Source: Fimicolochytrium jonesii
Taxonomy: Eukaryota
DNA: 64,000 nucleotides
NCBI RefSeq assembly: GCF_025526975.1
Contig: NW_026515681.1
Coordinates: forward strand, 496,001-560,000
Direction: 5' to 3'
A program made the translations under genes and the position numbers. Positions within the stretch are counted from its first letter, which is position 1. Each line of letters begins with the position of its first letter. The notes below the pieces were generated by a model. The model worked only from the letters and a program-made list of their open reading frames with translations, was not told where the DNA came from and made no database searches. Below, in pieces: positions 63,687 to 64,000 of the stretch.

Positions 63687-64000
63687 ATTTTCACGCACAT
63701 TAACAAACCCATCGCCGAAAGGGTCGAATGTTTCGCCGCAATCCATGACAATCGGTCGATCGAAAGGCAGCTTTGTGGAAACAGGTGGGGCGCTCCCGGA
63801 TTCACCGTCGTTCCAAACCTTGGCGCTGAAAACACTCTGGCAATCTGTAGGTCAACCACCAAGCGCATCGGAGGGAAGCTCTCGGAGAGTACCTACTAGC
63901 GACACGGGTGACGAGGATGATGGTGAGCCGTGCAATTGCCCAAAAGAGATATGTTTCGCAATGCCTCATCGTTTCATGAAATGCAGAGTCGAGCGTATGC

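Overview
Gene-dense eukaryotic DNA with short (~60-nt) GT-AG introns. The gene content suggests a zoosporic (chytrid-type) fungus: fungal-type PKC1, Zn2Cys6, Nrg1-like and RAD16 genes sit beside Pitchfork-like, NUDCD1, VWA8 and cortactin-like genes. The taxon is an inference. About 17 host genes are present. Between SLU7 and the PKC1 promoter lies a 12.1-kb nested transposon. A PIF/Harbinger-superfamily DNA element (6292-18387; 18-bp TIRs; ACT TSD) carries a transposase, a Myb/SANT gene and an unexpected third spliced gene. A full-length Ty3/Gypsy chromovirus (8408-15653) has inserted into that third gene. The main result is absent from the ORF track: the retrotransposon carries its own antisense, TATA-driven, three-intron gene encoding a tandem RING-like protein (8962-9720). 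Next to it is a 14-unit array whose short stem-loops show compensatory base changes. Also notable is a stand-alone 95-aa cortactin/HS1 N-terminal (DDW) protein gene at 61901-62324. Splice models and homologies were read by eye and from recall; no searches were run.
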